NCBI GenBank assembly: GCA_942490795.1
Contig: CALNYH010000014.1
Location: 79,957-143,956 of the forward strand
Length of the DNA stretch: 64,000 nucleotides
Source: an uncultured Thermoleophilia bacterium
GTDB taxonomy: Bacteria > Actinomycetota > Thermoleophilia > Miltoncostaeales > Miltoncostaeaceae
Direction: 5' to 3'
A model generated the notes under the pieces. The model was not told where the DNA came from. It saw only the letters and a list, made by a program, of their open reading frames with translations, and did no database searches. A program made the translations under genes and the position numbers. Of the stretch, positions 49,535-59,462 are shown one piece after another; within the stretch, counting starts at the first letter, position 1; the number at the start of each line of letters is the position of its first letter.

Positions 49535-49843
49535 GAAGCGTTGGGGTCGGACCGACGTGCACCCGTCATCGTAGACCCATCCCCTGCGACGGGCTCGGTG
49601 CGCGTCCGCCAATGAACGACGTCCTCCTGCGCTGACGGCGAGGGCCGCGCCCTGGGCGATCGAGTCGCGGCCCGAGCCGGTGGCTCGGCCGTCGTCGCCG
49701 GGCGCTGATCGGGATGCGGGCGCTCGAGCCCTTGGTGGGCACGGGGCGATCATCCCATCGGGAGGATGTGCGGGCTCTCGGGCCCCCGGTACGCTCGCGT
49801 CGAACTCAGGTCCGACCTGGCCTGCACAACACTTGGAGCAAGA

Positions 49844-50005
49844 ATGTGGCTCGCACTCGGCTTGGTGGGCTTCGTCCTCTGGCTCGCCGTTCTGTTCTTC
49901 CTCGGGGTGCCGACCCTCCTCAAGGGGAGGTACGTGCTCTTCGTCCTCGGAATCTTCCTTCCCGTCCTCTGGGCGTTCGGAGCGTTGCTGCCAGCCAGGA
50001 ACTAG
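49844..50005 (+). CDS. small two-TM membrane protein
   Basis: MWLALGLVGFVLWLAVLFFLGVPTLLKGRYVLFVLGIFLPVLWAFGALLPARN. It ends 46 nt upstream of the LuxR-type regulator. Confidence 0.4.
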   Translation: MWLALGLVGFVLWLAVLFFLGVPTLLKGRYVLFVLGIFLPVLWAFGALLPARN

Positions 50006-50051
50006 GCCGCGGCGGCAAGCCGCGGGCACGGCCCGGGGTGGACCGGCTCGG

Positions 50052-52745
50052 ATGCCGGTGACGGAGATCATCAAGAGCCAGCTGCACGCTCCGACGCTCG
50101 CCCCTGGGTCGATCGTCCGTTCGCGCCTGTTGCGCCGTCTCGACGATGCGCGCGATCTGCCGCTCACGCTGCTCTCCGCCCCGGCCGGATACGGCAAGAG
50201 CGTGCTGGCCAGCCAGTGGCTCGCGTCCCGCAGCACCAATTCGGCCTGGGTGTCGCTCGCCCCACGCGACGATGGGCTCGGGGTGTTCACCAGCTACCTG
50301 GTCGAGGCGGTCGAATCCAGCGCCCCTGGAACCCTGGCGGGAACCCGGACGATGCTGGGGCGCGCCGACACTCCGCCGATCGGCGCATTGACCTCGAGCC
50401 TGCTCAACGAGCTCGATGTGCTCCAGACACCGATCACGATCGTGATCGATGACTATCACCTGATCGGCTCGCCCCAGATTCACCGGCTCGTCGCGGGCCT
50501 GTGCGTGCAGCACCCGCCGTCGGTCCGCCTCGTTCTCCTGACCCGCCACGATCCACCGCTCCCGCTTGCGGTCCTCCGCGGCCACGCACAGATCGCCGAG
50601 CTGCGCGCGCGCGATCTTCGCTTCACCATCGACGAGACATCCGCGTTCAGCGCGTCGGTCCTCGGGAATCCCGTGCCCGACGCGGTCGCACGGTCGCTCT
50701 TCGAGCGCACGGAGGGGTGGCCGGCGGGCCTGCGCCTCTCGCTCGAGGCGATGCGCTACGAAGACGTCTCCGCCGACGATCCGCCGACCGTCGCGCCGCT
50801 GGACGCGGTCCGTGTGCACGAGTATCTCGCCTGCGAGGTGCTCGACGCGCAACCCGACTGGATCCGCGAGCATCTCTTGCGCACCTCGATCCCGGACCGC
50901 TTCTGCCGTCGGCTGTGCGACGAGCTCGAAGGCGCCGCTCCGGGGAAAGGCACAGGCGAGCGGTTCATCCGTTGGCTCGTCGCCAGGGAGCTGTTCGTCA
51001 TCCCGCTCGGCGGGAACGAGCGGTGGTTCCGCTACCACCACATCTTCCGCGACCTCCTTCGAGGCCAGCTGGAGGCGCGCGGGCGGCCCGAGCGGGCGAT
51101 CGAGTTGCACCGATGCGCGGGCGCATGGTTCGAGGCCGAGGGTCGTGTCGATGACGCGCTGGAGCACGCGCTCGAGGGAGGCGACCCCACGCGTGCGGCG
51201 CGGATCGTCGCGACACACGGCAACGATCTGGTCGACCTCGAGCGCTGGGCCGAGCTCGAGCGATGGATCTCCCGGCTTCCGGAGCCACTCGTCGGTGCGG
51301 ACCCGGACATCCTGCTGCTGCAGGCGTGGACCTACGAGGCGCTCGACCGACGGCGAGAGCTGATCCGGACCCTGGACCGCGCCGAGGATCTCGTTGGCGC
51401 AGGGCGACCCGCGGATGCGGCTGATGTGACGTTGGGCTCGATCGCCGTGCTGCGGGGACATGCGGCGTTCATGGGGGGTGACCTCTCAGGTGGGATCGCC
51501 CTCGCCCGTCGGGGCGAGGCGCTGATCCCGAGCCGATACGAACGCCACCTGACGCGCGCGCGTGTCCTGCTCGCGGGAGCCCTCCAGGCGACCGGCGACG
51601 CGGCGGCGGCCGTCGCGTCCGCACGGTCGGCGATGTCAGAAATGCGGTTCCGCAGAATGCGATTGCCCGCGTGGACATGGGCGCTGTCGCGTGTCTACTG
51701 GCTCGAGGGGGACATGGTGACCTATGCCAGCCACGCCGCCGCGCTTCGCGAGGCGGGCGAGCGCTCGGGCCTGGTCGGCGCGCGCGCGAGCGGGGACTAC
51801 CACCGCGGGGCTTCGGCGTACCAGCGCAACCTGCTCCCCGAGGCCGAGCACCACTTCGCGGCGGCGTCAAGAACGCAGCAGACGGTGCGCCCCGTGGTCC
51901 ACCTGCAGTCGTCGATCGGGCTCGCCCTGGTTCTCCAGGCGCGTGGGCGCGAGCGGGCCGCGGACGATGTGGTGGAGTCCCTCACGGCGGTCGCGTTGCA
52001 GTCGGGGAACGAGTTCGTGCTCGCCACGGCCTCGGCGTTCCAGGCCGAGCTGGCGATCCGGCGGGGCCAGATGGGTGCGGCGCTCGAGTGGACCGAACAC
52101 GCACCACAACCTGCGGAGCTCCAGGAATGGATGAACTACTCGACCTCGACGACCTATCTGAAGGCGCTGATCGTCGGTGACCGAGACCTGGCAGCGGCCC
52201 GTGCGGGCTGCGCGCGGCTGCTCGCGTTCGCCGAGCGTGTGCACAATCGCCCGCTCACGATCGTGCTGCTCGGGCTGCAGGCGATGGCGCTCGACGCCTC
52301 GGGCCGGGACGCGGACGCCGCACGGTCGCTCCACCGCGCGGTGGCGCTCGCGCAGCCCGGTCAGGTCGTCCGCCTGCTCGCGGATCTGGGGCCGACGCTC
52401 GTTCCGCTGCTCAACCGGATCGACGCGGACGGCGAGGTGCTGGTCCACGTCGCCGCGATCATCCTCGCAATCGAGAGCCCACCCGAGGACGATCGTGACG
52501 TTCCCGATGCGGTCCGGGAAGCGCCGTCAGGTGTCGACCTCGGCCTCACGCGGCGCGAGCTCGAGGTGCTCCGACTGCTCGACCGCCGCCTCGCGAACAA
52601 GGAGATCGCTGCGGAGCTGCTGATCTCGGCCGCCACGGTGAAGAAATACACCATGGGCATCTATCGCAAGCTGCACGTCGCCGGTCGCCGCGACGCGGTC
52701 GCCAAGGCGCGCGCGCTCGGCTACCTGGACCCCGTCTCGAGCTGA
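50052..52745 (+). CDS. MalT-like STAND NTPase / LuxR-family transcriptional regulator
   Basis: Walker A LSAPAGYGKS, a Walker B-like IVIDDYH, a long helical-repeat sensor region, and a C-terminal LuxR HTH (LTRRELEVLRLLDRRLANKEIAAELLISAATVKKYTMGIYRKL). Confidence 0.85.
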   Translation: MPVTEIIKSQLHAPTLAPGSIVRSRLLRRLDDARDLPLTLLSAPAGYGKSVLASQWLASRSTNSAWVSLAPRDDGLGVFTSYLVEAVESSAPGTLAGTRTMLGRADTPPIGALTSSLLNELDVLQTPITIVIDDYHLIGSPQIHRLVAGLCVQHPPSVRLVLLTRHDPPLPLAVLRGHAQIAELRARDLRFTIDETSAFSASVLGNPVPDAVARSLFERTEGWPAGLRLSLEAMRYEDVSADDPPTVAPLDAVRVHEYLACEVLDAQPDWIREHLLRTSIPDRFCRRLCDELEGAAPGKGTGERFIRWLVARELFVIPLGGNERWFRYHHIFRDLLRGQLEARGRPERAIELHRCAGAWFEAEGRVDDALEHALEGGDPTRAARIVATHGNDLVDLERWAELERWISRLPEPLVGADPDILLLQAWTYEALDRRRELIRTLDRAEDLVGAGRPADAADVTLGSIAVLRGHAAFMGGDLSGGIALARRGEALIPSRYERHLTRARVLLAGALQATGDAAAAVASARSAMSEMRFRRMRLPAWTWALSRVYWLEGDMVTYASHAAALREAGERSGLVGARASGDYHRGASAYQRNLLPEAEHHFAAASRTQQTVRPVVHLQSSIGLALVLQARGRERAADDVVESLTAVALQSGNEFVLATASAFQAELAIRRGQMGAALEWTEHAPQPAELQEWMNYSTSTTYLKALIVGDRDLAAARAGCARLLAFAERVHNRPLTIVLLGLQAMALDASGRDADAARSLHRAVALAQPGQVVRLLADLGPTLVPLLNRIDADGEVLVHVAAIILAIESPPEDDRDVPDAVREAPSGVDLGLTRRELEVLRLLDRRLANKEIAAELLISAATVKKYTMGIYRKLHVAGRRDAVAKARALGYLDPVSS

Positions 52746-52908
52746 TCCGCCGGGGTGTCGCTCCGGGCCGGCTCGCCGCGGGGCGATACCGATGGTGCAC
52801 CCTCGGATCACCATCGTGGTGCTCACGGTCGACCGTGCATCCGGGCGAGTATTCAGACCTCGGACGTGCAGCGCGTCCGATACGACAACCGAGCGAAACG
52901 GGTGCCCC

Positions 52909-53124
52909 ATGGATTGGACGACGTTCTGGGCGTGGATGGGCTTCTTCTTTGTGTTCATCCCTTTGATGATGCTCTGGATCTACACGATGATCGACATCTT
53001 CGGACGCCCTGACATCGGGGGTCTTGCGAAGTTCCTGTGGCTGTTGTTGATCCTCTTTTTGCCCCTGCTCGGCATGCTCATCTACTTCATCGCGCGACCC
53101 GACGTGTTCGAGGAGGTCGCGTAG
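52909..53124 (+). CDS. PLD-nuclease N-terminal (PLDc_N) domain small membrane protein
   Basis: MDWTTFWAWMGFFFVFIPLMMLWIYTMIDIF...KFLWLLLILFLPLLGMLIYFI is the typical two-TM PLDc_N pattern. Confidence 0.7.
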   Translation: MDWTTFWAWMGFFFVFIPLMMLWIYTMIDIFGRPDIGGLAKFLWLLLILFLPLLGMLIYFIARPDVFEEVA

Positions 53125-53202
53125 CGGCCAGAGCCGGTGTCGTCCCGTCCCCCGGCCAGGTCGCGGCGGGGGACGGGACCGAGCAGCCTGGAGACCGATT
53201 CG

Positions 53203-53709
53203 ATGTGTGTCTTGATGGTGGTCGCCGCCTACGTCGACCGGGCGGCCGCCGAGGGTGACCTCCACAAGCTCGAGGCGATCGCCCGGGATCCCACGCACGG
53301 GGCGCTCGATGCGGTCGCCCTGGCGAGGACCGGCGGCGGCGAGCTGCGGGTGAGCCGGGCATCGGTCGGCACGTGGCCGACTCCGGTCACGTGCGGCCTG
53401 GCGATGGGGCTCGTGTTCGCCCTCAGCCCGGGCGTCGCGCTTCGGCGCGAGCGCATGAGCGACCAGGAACGCTCGGACGCGTCAGCCGTCGTCGATCACA
53501 TCGCGACCGTGCTGGGGCGCAAGGAGCTCGTGCGGATCGGTCGGCCCCTCGATGCGGCCGACGCCACGGTGGTCGCGGCGACCGAGACGACCCGGGCGGA
53601 CGAGGTGCTCGCGGCGTTCGCACCCACCACGGCGCTCGCGTCGCGTCGGGCACGAATCGACTGGCGCGCCCTCGAGGCGCAGATCGGACGGGCGCGGCAT
53701 GCGGCGTAA
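53203..53709 (+). CDS. hypothetical protein, distantly DUF1269-like
   Basis: VAAYVDRAAAEGDLHKLEAI...ALDAVALARTGGGELRV parallels the N-terminus of the next gene. A Gly/hydrophobic middle segment follows. Confidence 0.5.
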   Translation: MCVLMVVAAYVDRAAAEGDLHKLEAIARDPTHGALDAVALARTGGGELRVSRASVGTWPTPVTCGLAMGLVFALSPGVALRRERMSDQERSDASAVVDHIATVLGRKELVRIGRPLDAADATVVAATETTRADEVLAAFAPTTALASRRARIDWRALEAQIGRARHAA

Positions 53710-53889
53710 GGACCGGCGTCAACGTTCCGATCGACCTGCGGCCCACCGCCACCGGCCACGGTGCACCACCACAGGACCATCTTGGGGCTATCGCGGGCGC
53801 GGGCGTCAGACGACGCTCCGTGACGAGCCCCGCCGATCGGGGCCGGTCCGCCCGATGGGGGTCGTGGGCCACAGGGGCGAGGGGGCCTG

Positions 53890-54387
53890 ATGAGCACGCC
53901 AGACGTGCCGGTGAGCGTGTACCTGGCCTACTACGACCACCCGGACGCGGCCCGGCAGGACTACGACGAGCTCAGGGGTCTCGTCTCGGCGGGGACGATC
54001 GAGATGGATGCGATGCTCCTCGCGAGCCGCCACGCCGACGGCAAGATCGACGTCACGGACGACTTCCACACCGATTGGAAGGGCACCGGCCGGGGCGCGG
54101 CGGTGGCGCCCGTCGTGGGCGCGATGTTCCCGCCGAGCCCGCTCGGCGGCGCGGCGGCCGGAGGACGTGTGGGCGACAGGGTCGGACGCCTCGCCACGCA
54201 CGCCGACAAGGGCGGGATCACGGCCGACCTGGAAGACGGGATGCCGCCTCACGGCTGGGCGATCGTCGCGGTGTTCGACGAGGTGTGGGTCGATCGGGTC
54301 CGCAGGGCGCTCTCGGGCTCCGTGAAGTCCGACGAGCGCCAGCTCGACGAGGCGGGCAAGGACGCCATCAAGGCGACATCCGTATGA
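53890..54387 (+). CDS. DUF1269-like protein
   Basis: VYLAYYDHPDAARQDYDELRGLVSAGTIEMDAMLLASRHADGKIDV followed by a Gly-rich segment. This is the pattern I associate with DUF1269. Confidence 0.6.
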   Translation: MSTPDVPVSVYLAYYDHPDAARQDYDELRGLVSAGTIEMDAMLLASRHADGKIDVTDDFHTDWKGTGRGAAVAPVVGAMFPPSPLGGAAAGGRVGDRVGRLATHADKGGITADLEDGMPPHGWAIVAVFDEVWVDRVRRALSGSVKSDERQLDEAGKDAIKATSV

Positions 54388-54415
54388 CCGACGACCGCGG
54401 ACGGGGGTTCAGGAC

Positions 54416-54862
54416 ATGATCGGGAAACGTGTGGGTGTTCAGGTCGCGGCGCTGTGCGTCGTCGTCGTGCTCGCGGCGACGGCTTGTGGTGACGATGACG
54501 GTGACGCGACCACGACCGCTGCCACGTCGGGCCAGAGCGCCGTGTGCGCAGCGGTTGCCGAACTCGAGACAGACGTCGATGCGCTCGAGAACCTGGGCTC
54601 GGGGGCGTCCGCGCAAGACGTCGTCTCCGATGTGGCGAGCATCGGGTCGGACCTCGCGACGCTTCAGAGCGCCGCGTCCGGCGACCCCGACCTGCAGAAC
54701 GCGGTCGATGACGTCTCATCGTCGATCGGAGACCTCACCGAGGCCGCGACGACCATTGGAAGCGCATCCTCGGCGCAGGAGGGGCTCGATTCGCTCAGCT
54801 CGTCGCTCGGCGAGGTCTCCGACTCGCTCGGGGAGCTCAAGAGCGCTGCGAGCTGCGAGTAG
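54416..54862 (+). CDS. acidic helical lipoprotein
   Basis: Lipobox LAATACG. Ser/Asp/Leu-rich repeats (SDLATLQSAAS, SIGDLTEAAT, SLGELKSAAS). Confidence 0.65.
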   Translation: MIGKRVGVQVAALCVVVVLAATACGDDDGDATTTAATSGQSAVCAAVAELETDVDALENLGSGASAQDVVSDVASIGSDLATLQSAASGDPDLQNAVDDVSSSIGDLTEAATTIGSASSAQEGLDSLSSSLGEVSDSLGELKSAASCE

Positions 54863-54917
54863 GAGTGACAGCCATGGTCGGGTCACACGCGGACCGGGTT
54901 ACCGGCGGGAGGATGTG

Positions 54918-56225
54918 ATGAAGCACGAGATCGTCAGGGAGGCGTACGTCTTCGGCTACCCGCTCGTCACGATGGACATGACGCGCAGGCACTACACGAA
55001 CGTCCGCGCCGCCGATGGAGCCCATGCCCCGATGGGCCAGCTCATCACGATGCGGGCCTACCCGGCGGTCGACGACCACGGGGCGGCCGCGCCCAACGCC
55101 GACACGCTCTACACGATGGTCTGGTTGGACGTGTCGTCGGAGCCATGGGTGTTCGAGATCCCAGACATGGGTGATCGCTTCTACATCATGCCCATGCTGA
55201 GCGGCTTCAACGAGATCCTCTTCGTCGCCGGGTCGCGCGCGACCGGCGCGGGGGCTCAGCGGTACGCCATCGCCGGCCCGGGGTGGACAGGAGACGTGCC
55301 CGACGGCGTGACGCGGGTCGAGTCCCCCACCGGACTCGTCTGGATACTCGGGCGCGTCTACTGCGCGGGTCCTGATGACTACGCGGCCGTCCACCGCCTG
55401 CAGGACCGTTTCACCTCCACGCCCCTGAGCGCGTACGGAACGCCGTACGCACCCAGCCCCGGGGAGGTGGACGAGACGTTCGACATGACGACCGACGTGC
55501 GCAAGCAGGTCAACGACATGCCGTTGCCGGAGTTCTTCGAGTACCTGGCGAGACTGCTCGAGACGAACCCGCCCAAGCCCGAGGACGCGCCGCAGATCGC
55601 CCGGATGCAAGAGATCGGGCTGGTGCCCGGACGCGGCTTCGATCGGAGCATGCTGCCGAGACTGGGGCGCCGACTCGATCCGAAGCTCGCGCTCCTCGAG
55701 CTCGTCCGAACGATGAAGGCCAAGAAGGCCGTCAACGGGTGGCTGTACTGGATCGAGGACGCCGGCCGGTACGGCACCGACTACGAGCAACGGGCCATGG
55801 TCACGATGATCGGCCCCGGCATGAACCTCGCCGAGGACGCCGTGTACGCATTCTCCGAGAAGGACGCCGACGGTCACGACTACGACGGCGCCAAGCACCG
55901 CTACGTCGTTCGGTTCGAGCCAGGGCGTCTGCCACCCGTCAAGGGGTTCTGGTCGCTGACCATGTACGACGCCGACTTCTTCTTCGTCGCGAACCCGCTC
56001 GACCGCCACTGCCTGAGCCAACGGGACTCCTTCGTGGAGAACGCGGACGGCTCCGTGGACCTCTACCTCCAGGCTGAGTCACCGGGCCCGGGCCTGGAGA
56101 CGAACTGGCTGCCCGCGCCGAAGGGGAAGTTCGTCCCAATGCTCCGGCTCTACTGGCCGGAGGACGAGCCGCCCTCCATCCTCGACGGCTCCTGGACCCC
56201 GCCCCCACTCCGGCGCGCGCCATGA
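54918..56225 (+). CDS. DUF1254/DUF1214 domain-containing protein
   Basis: REAYVFGYPLVTMDMTRR, PNADTLYTMVWLDVS, RFYIMPMLSGF, FWSLTMYD and NWLPAP are signatures I recall for this family. GGGAGG lies upstream of the ATG at 54918. Confidence 0.8.
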   Translation: MKHEIVREAYVFGYPLVTMDMTRRHYTNVRAADGAHAPMGQLITMRAYPAVDDHGAAAPNADTLYTMVWLDVSSEPWVFEIPDMGDRFYIMPMLSGFNEILFVAGSRATGAGAQRYAIAGPGWTGDVPDGVTRVESPTGLVWILGRVYCAGPDDYAAVHRLQDRFTSTPLSAYGTPYAPSPGEVDETFDMTTDVRKQVNDMPLPEFFEYLARLLETNPPKPEDAPQIARMQEIGLVPGRGFDRSMLPRLGRRLDPKLALLELVRTMKAKKAVNGWLYWIEDAGRYGTDYEQRAMVTMIGPGMNLAEDAVYAFSEKDADGHDYDGAKHRYVVRFEPGRLPPVKGFWSLTMYDADFFFVANPLDRHCLSQRDSFVENADGSVDLYLQAESPGPGLETNWLPAPKGKFVPMLRLYWPEDEPPSILDGSWTPPPLRRAP

Positions 56226-56694
56226 CGGACCGTTCGGCTCTTTCCATGGCGTCGAGGCGCGACCGCGGCCGTCCTCGGCGCCCCCCGGCCACGACCGGTC
56301 TCACCGGGGAGGCGTCGGCGGCGGCCGGCGGCGAGACCACCGGGCCCGGGTACCGATCCTCGACCACGGCCGGACACCCGGACGGGTGTTCCCGGCGCCG
56401 CGCCGAACCGGACGTGGCACCCCGCTCGGAATGGCGTGGACGGAACTCGACGAGGTGCCGCAGGTGCCTTCGTCCCGGGCACCGGCGAGCGCCACAGCGC
56501 CATCGCCCATCCCGACGTCCGGACGGCGTCGCCGGGCGAGACGGGAGAGTCGCGCCGGCCCCCGCGACCGCGAAGGGCCGCTCTTGCGCGCGACGATCCC
56601 GCTTCGCCAGGACTCGGACGGCGTGCCCGACGGCACCTGCGCGCGTCCCCCCTTTGGAACATCACCCGAACCGAGCGACGAGGGAGGTCAGGCA

Positions 56695-57405
56695 ATGAAG
56701 CTCCACGCGAAGCTCCCGCACGACGACGAGGGCGCGACACCGATGCGCTTCGAGAACGTCCGCGGCCAGCGATACACGGAGATCTTCATGATCGGCGGCA
56801 ACGCCATCACGAAACACCTGATCGGGGGCATCTACAACACGGTCGGCCTGAACGATCCGGACGGAACCGGGGACACCTGCCCGCAGGCCGTCCTGGACGG
56901 AGTCGACGTGGAGGTGCTCGCGAAGGAGCACGACGCCATCAGCGCGTTCAAGAACGGGCCCCGGCTCTGGTGCCTGGACTGGTTGGAGGTGGTCATCGGC
57001 AAGGAGCGCGACTTCAACGGCCTGAAGGCGCGATGGGTCATGTGGCTCGACGTGCCCAAGGAGATGCGAAAGCACGAGAGCGTCGCCTACAAGCCGATCA
57101 GCGGAAAGCGCGACACCCAAATGGGGATCAACGCGGGCTCACCTGCCTTCATCCTGGACGACCCCGAGGGTCACTCGTGGGTCATGAAGTCCGCCGGCCT
57201 CATCGTCGACCCGACCCAGACGTACGAGGGTCTCGGAGACCTCGGTGCGCGCCTGAATCCCGCGTCCGGTTGGAGCTTCCGGGCCGTGACCCTGGAACAG
57301 GACCTGGTCCTCACGCCGGACGACGGCGCCGTGCAGATCACCCAGGACGAACTGGGGAACACCTACGACCGCGTCGGCGGGGCGTTCAGCAACTTCGCGC
57401 CCTGA
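56695..57405 (+). CDS. hypothetical protein (236 aa)
   Basis: AGGGAGG lies 7 nt upstream of the ATG at 56695. Composition is well balanced and relatively low in GC3. No family recognised. Confidence 0.7.
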   Translation: MKLHAKLPHDDEGATPMRFENVRGQRYTEIFMIGGNAITKHLIGGIYNTVGLNDPDGTGDTCPQAVLDGVDVEVLAKEHDAISAFKNGPRLWCLDWLEVVIGKERDFNGLKARWVMWLDVPKEMRKHESVAYKPISGKRDTQMGINAGSPAFILDDPEGHSWVMKSAGLIVDPTQTYEGLGDLGARLNPASGWSFRAVTLEQDLVLTPDDGAVQITQDELGNTYDRVGGAFSNFAP

Positions 57406-57507
57406 GTCCGGGGTCGCCGCGACGTGAAACGCGCCGCCGCGGGGCTCGGCCGGACCGGCGGTATGCCGCCCCGACACCGGGGCGGCCGTGAACGAGAGGA
57501 AGACCGG

Positions 57508-58950
57508 ATGACGACTGGAGCACGGGACGACCACCGAACACCGAAGAGGCCGAGGGTCGAGCACCCCACGGTCGCGGAGCGCGCCGACCGGGGGCGGGCG
57601 GCGCGAGCCGACACACCACGGTCGGCCCACGCCGCACTCGGCCCGGACTCAGCGCGTCAGGACCCGATCTCGCTGCTCGAACGCCAGGCCGAGAGCCGCG
57701 TGCCCGAACTGGTCCCGATTCGGTACGGCCGGATGCTCGTCTCGCCATTCACGTTCTATCGGGGCGCGGCACTCGTCATGGCGAGCGACCTCGCGTCGAC
57801 GCCCACGGTTGGACTGCGGACCCAGCTCTGCGGCGACGCGCACCTGTCCAACTTCGGCGCCTACGCGTCCCCCGACCGGCGCCAGGTGTTCGACGTCAAC
57901 GACTTCGACGAGACCCTCCCGGGGCCGTTCGAATGGGATGTGAAGCGGCTTGCGGCGAGCCTCGAGGTGGCAGGCCGCGATAGAGAATTCGACGACGGCG
58001 AGCGCGACGCGATCGTCCGCAGGTGCGTCGCGACCTACCGCACCGCGATGACCGACTTCGCACGGATGACCAACCTCGAGGTCTTCTACGCGAGCTTCGA
58101 CGTCGAGTCCGCGATCGCCCGGTACAAGGACAGCGTCCCGGCCAAGGTCCTCAAGCGGGCACGAAAGAACGTCGCCAAGGCCCGTACGAAGGACAGCATG
58201 CAGGCGCTCGCAAAGTTCACCTACGACCTGGACGGCGAGGCCCGGATCGTGTCCGACCCACCGCTGATCGTTCCCGTCGCCGACCTCCTTCCGGCGGATC
58301 GGGCCGACATGTTCTCTGAGTGGATCGGGGCCCAGCTGCGCGAGTACCGGTCCACCCTCGAGGTCGACCGTCGTCGCCTGCTCGAGCGGTACCGATTCGT
58401 CGAGATCGCGCGCAAGGTGGTGGGGGTCGGAAGCGTCGGCACGAGGGCGTGGATCGCCCTCCTGATCGGGCGCGATTCGCGCGACCCCCTGTTCCTCCAG
58501 TTCAAGGAGGCCCAGCCCTCCGTACTCGAGGAGTTCGCCGGGTCCAGCAGCTACCGCAACGCCGGCCACCGCGTCGTCTCCGGACAACGGCTCATGCAGG
58601 CGGCCGGGGACGTCTTTCTCGGCTGGCTCAGCATCGACGACGCTCCCGACGGCGGCACGCACGACTACTACGTGCGCCAGCTCCGCGACTGGAAGGGCTC
58701 GGCCGACATCGACGCGATGGTGCCCACGAGCATGGGGATCTTCGCGGAGTTGTGCGGCTGGACGCTCGCGCGCGCGCACGCCAGATCCGGTGATGCCGTC
58801 GCGATCGCCGCGTATCTCGGCAAGGGCGACGTGTTCGACCGGGCGATCGCCACCTTCTCGGCCGCGTACGCAGACCGCAACGAACGGGACTACGCACTCC
58901 TCCAGGCCGCCGTCGCAGACGGGCGCGTGAAGGCCGAGACCGGGCTCTAG
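57508..58950 (+). CDS. DUF2252 domain-containing protein
   Basis: LVPIRYGRMLVSPFTFYRGAA, CGDAHLSNFG, VFDVNDFDET, PFEWDVKRLA are signatures I recall for DUF2252. Confidence 0.8.
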   Translation: MTTGARDDHRTPKRPRVEHPTVAERADRGRAARADTPRSAHAALGPDSARQDPISLLERQAESRVPELVPIRYGRMLVSPFTFYRGAALVMASDLASTPTVGLRTQLCGDAHLSNFGAYASPDRRQVFDVNDFDETLPGPFEWDVKRLAASLEVAGRDREFDDGERDAIVRRCVATYRTAMTDFARMTNLEVFYASFDVESAIARYKDSVPAKVLKRARKNVAKARTKDSMQALAKFTYDLDGEARIVSDPPLIVPVADLLPADRADMFSEWIGAQLREYRSTLEVDRRRLLERYRFVEIARKVVGVGSVGTRAWIALLIGRDSRDPLFLQFKEAQPSVLEEFAGSSSYRNAGHRVVSGQRLMQAAGDVFLGWLSIDDAPDGGTHDYYVRQLRDWKGSADIDAMVPTSMGIFAELCGWTLARAHARSGDAVAIAAYLGKGDVFDRAIATFSAAYADRNERDYALLQAAVADGRVKAETGL

Positions 58951-59462
58951 CCGTACCGGCCACGATCCCGCTGATCGAGACCGTGGACGATCGGTCCGCG
59001 GGCGAGCCGTCGGGCGCCTGCCGTTGTGGTGGCCCGACGAGGGCTCGCGCCTGGTCGGGAGTCCGGTCTCGTCGCGCTCGCCCGCGTCGGGAATCGGCGC
59101 GAACGCGACGCCCACCCGGGCACAGGCCGCGTACGCGGCCACGGCGACGGGAGCGCCGTCGCACATCGTGCGCTGCACGACCGTCTTCCCGCTCTCGACT
59201 GCGTCCGCGGCTCGTGGAGGCCGCGCGCCGGGAAGGGGCCGCTGTCGCCACGCCGCGATGCCCGCGCATCGCCTGGTTCGCTCTCTTCAGAAACCCCCGG
59301 GCGAGTGGGCGTCGTCCGGAACCACGGCGCGCGGGGCCCTCCGCCCCCCCCGGCGCAGAGCACGCCGGCGCCGGGCAGGACCTCGCCCTCGACCGTCTCT
59401 CCCGTCGCCGGTGGCGACCTCCCACCACCCCACCAGGACGACCACGGAACGGGCCCTCGCGG

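Noticed and set aside
56386-56694. In-frame upstream extension of the 236-aa hypothetical gene (possible start near 56430, MAWTELDEV...).
   Set aside because: The extension is Pro/Arg/Ser-rich and low in complexity. The ATG at 56695 has a near-perfect AGGGAGG at ideal spacing.
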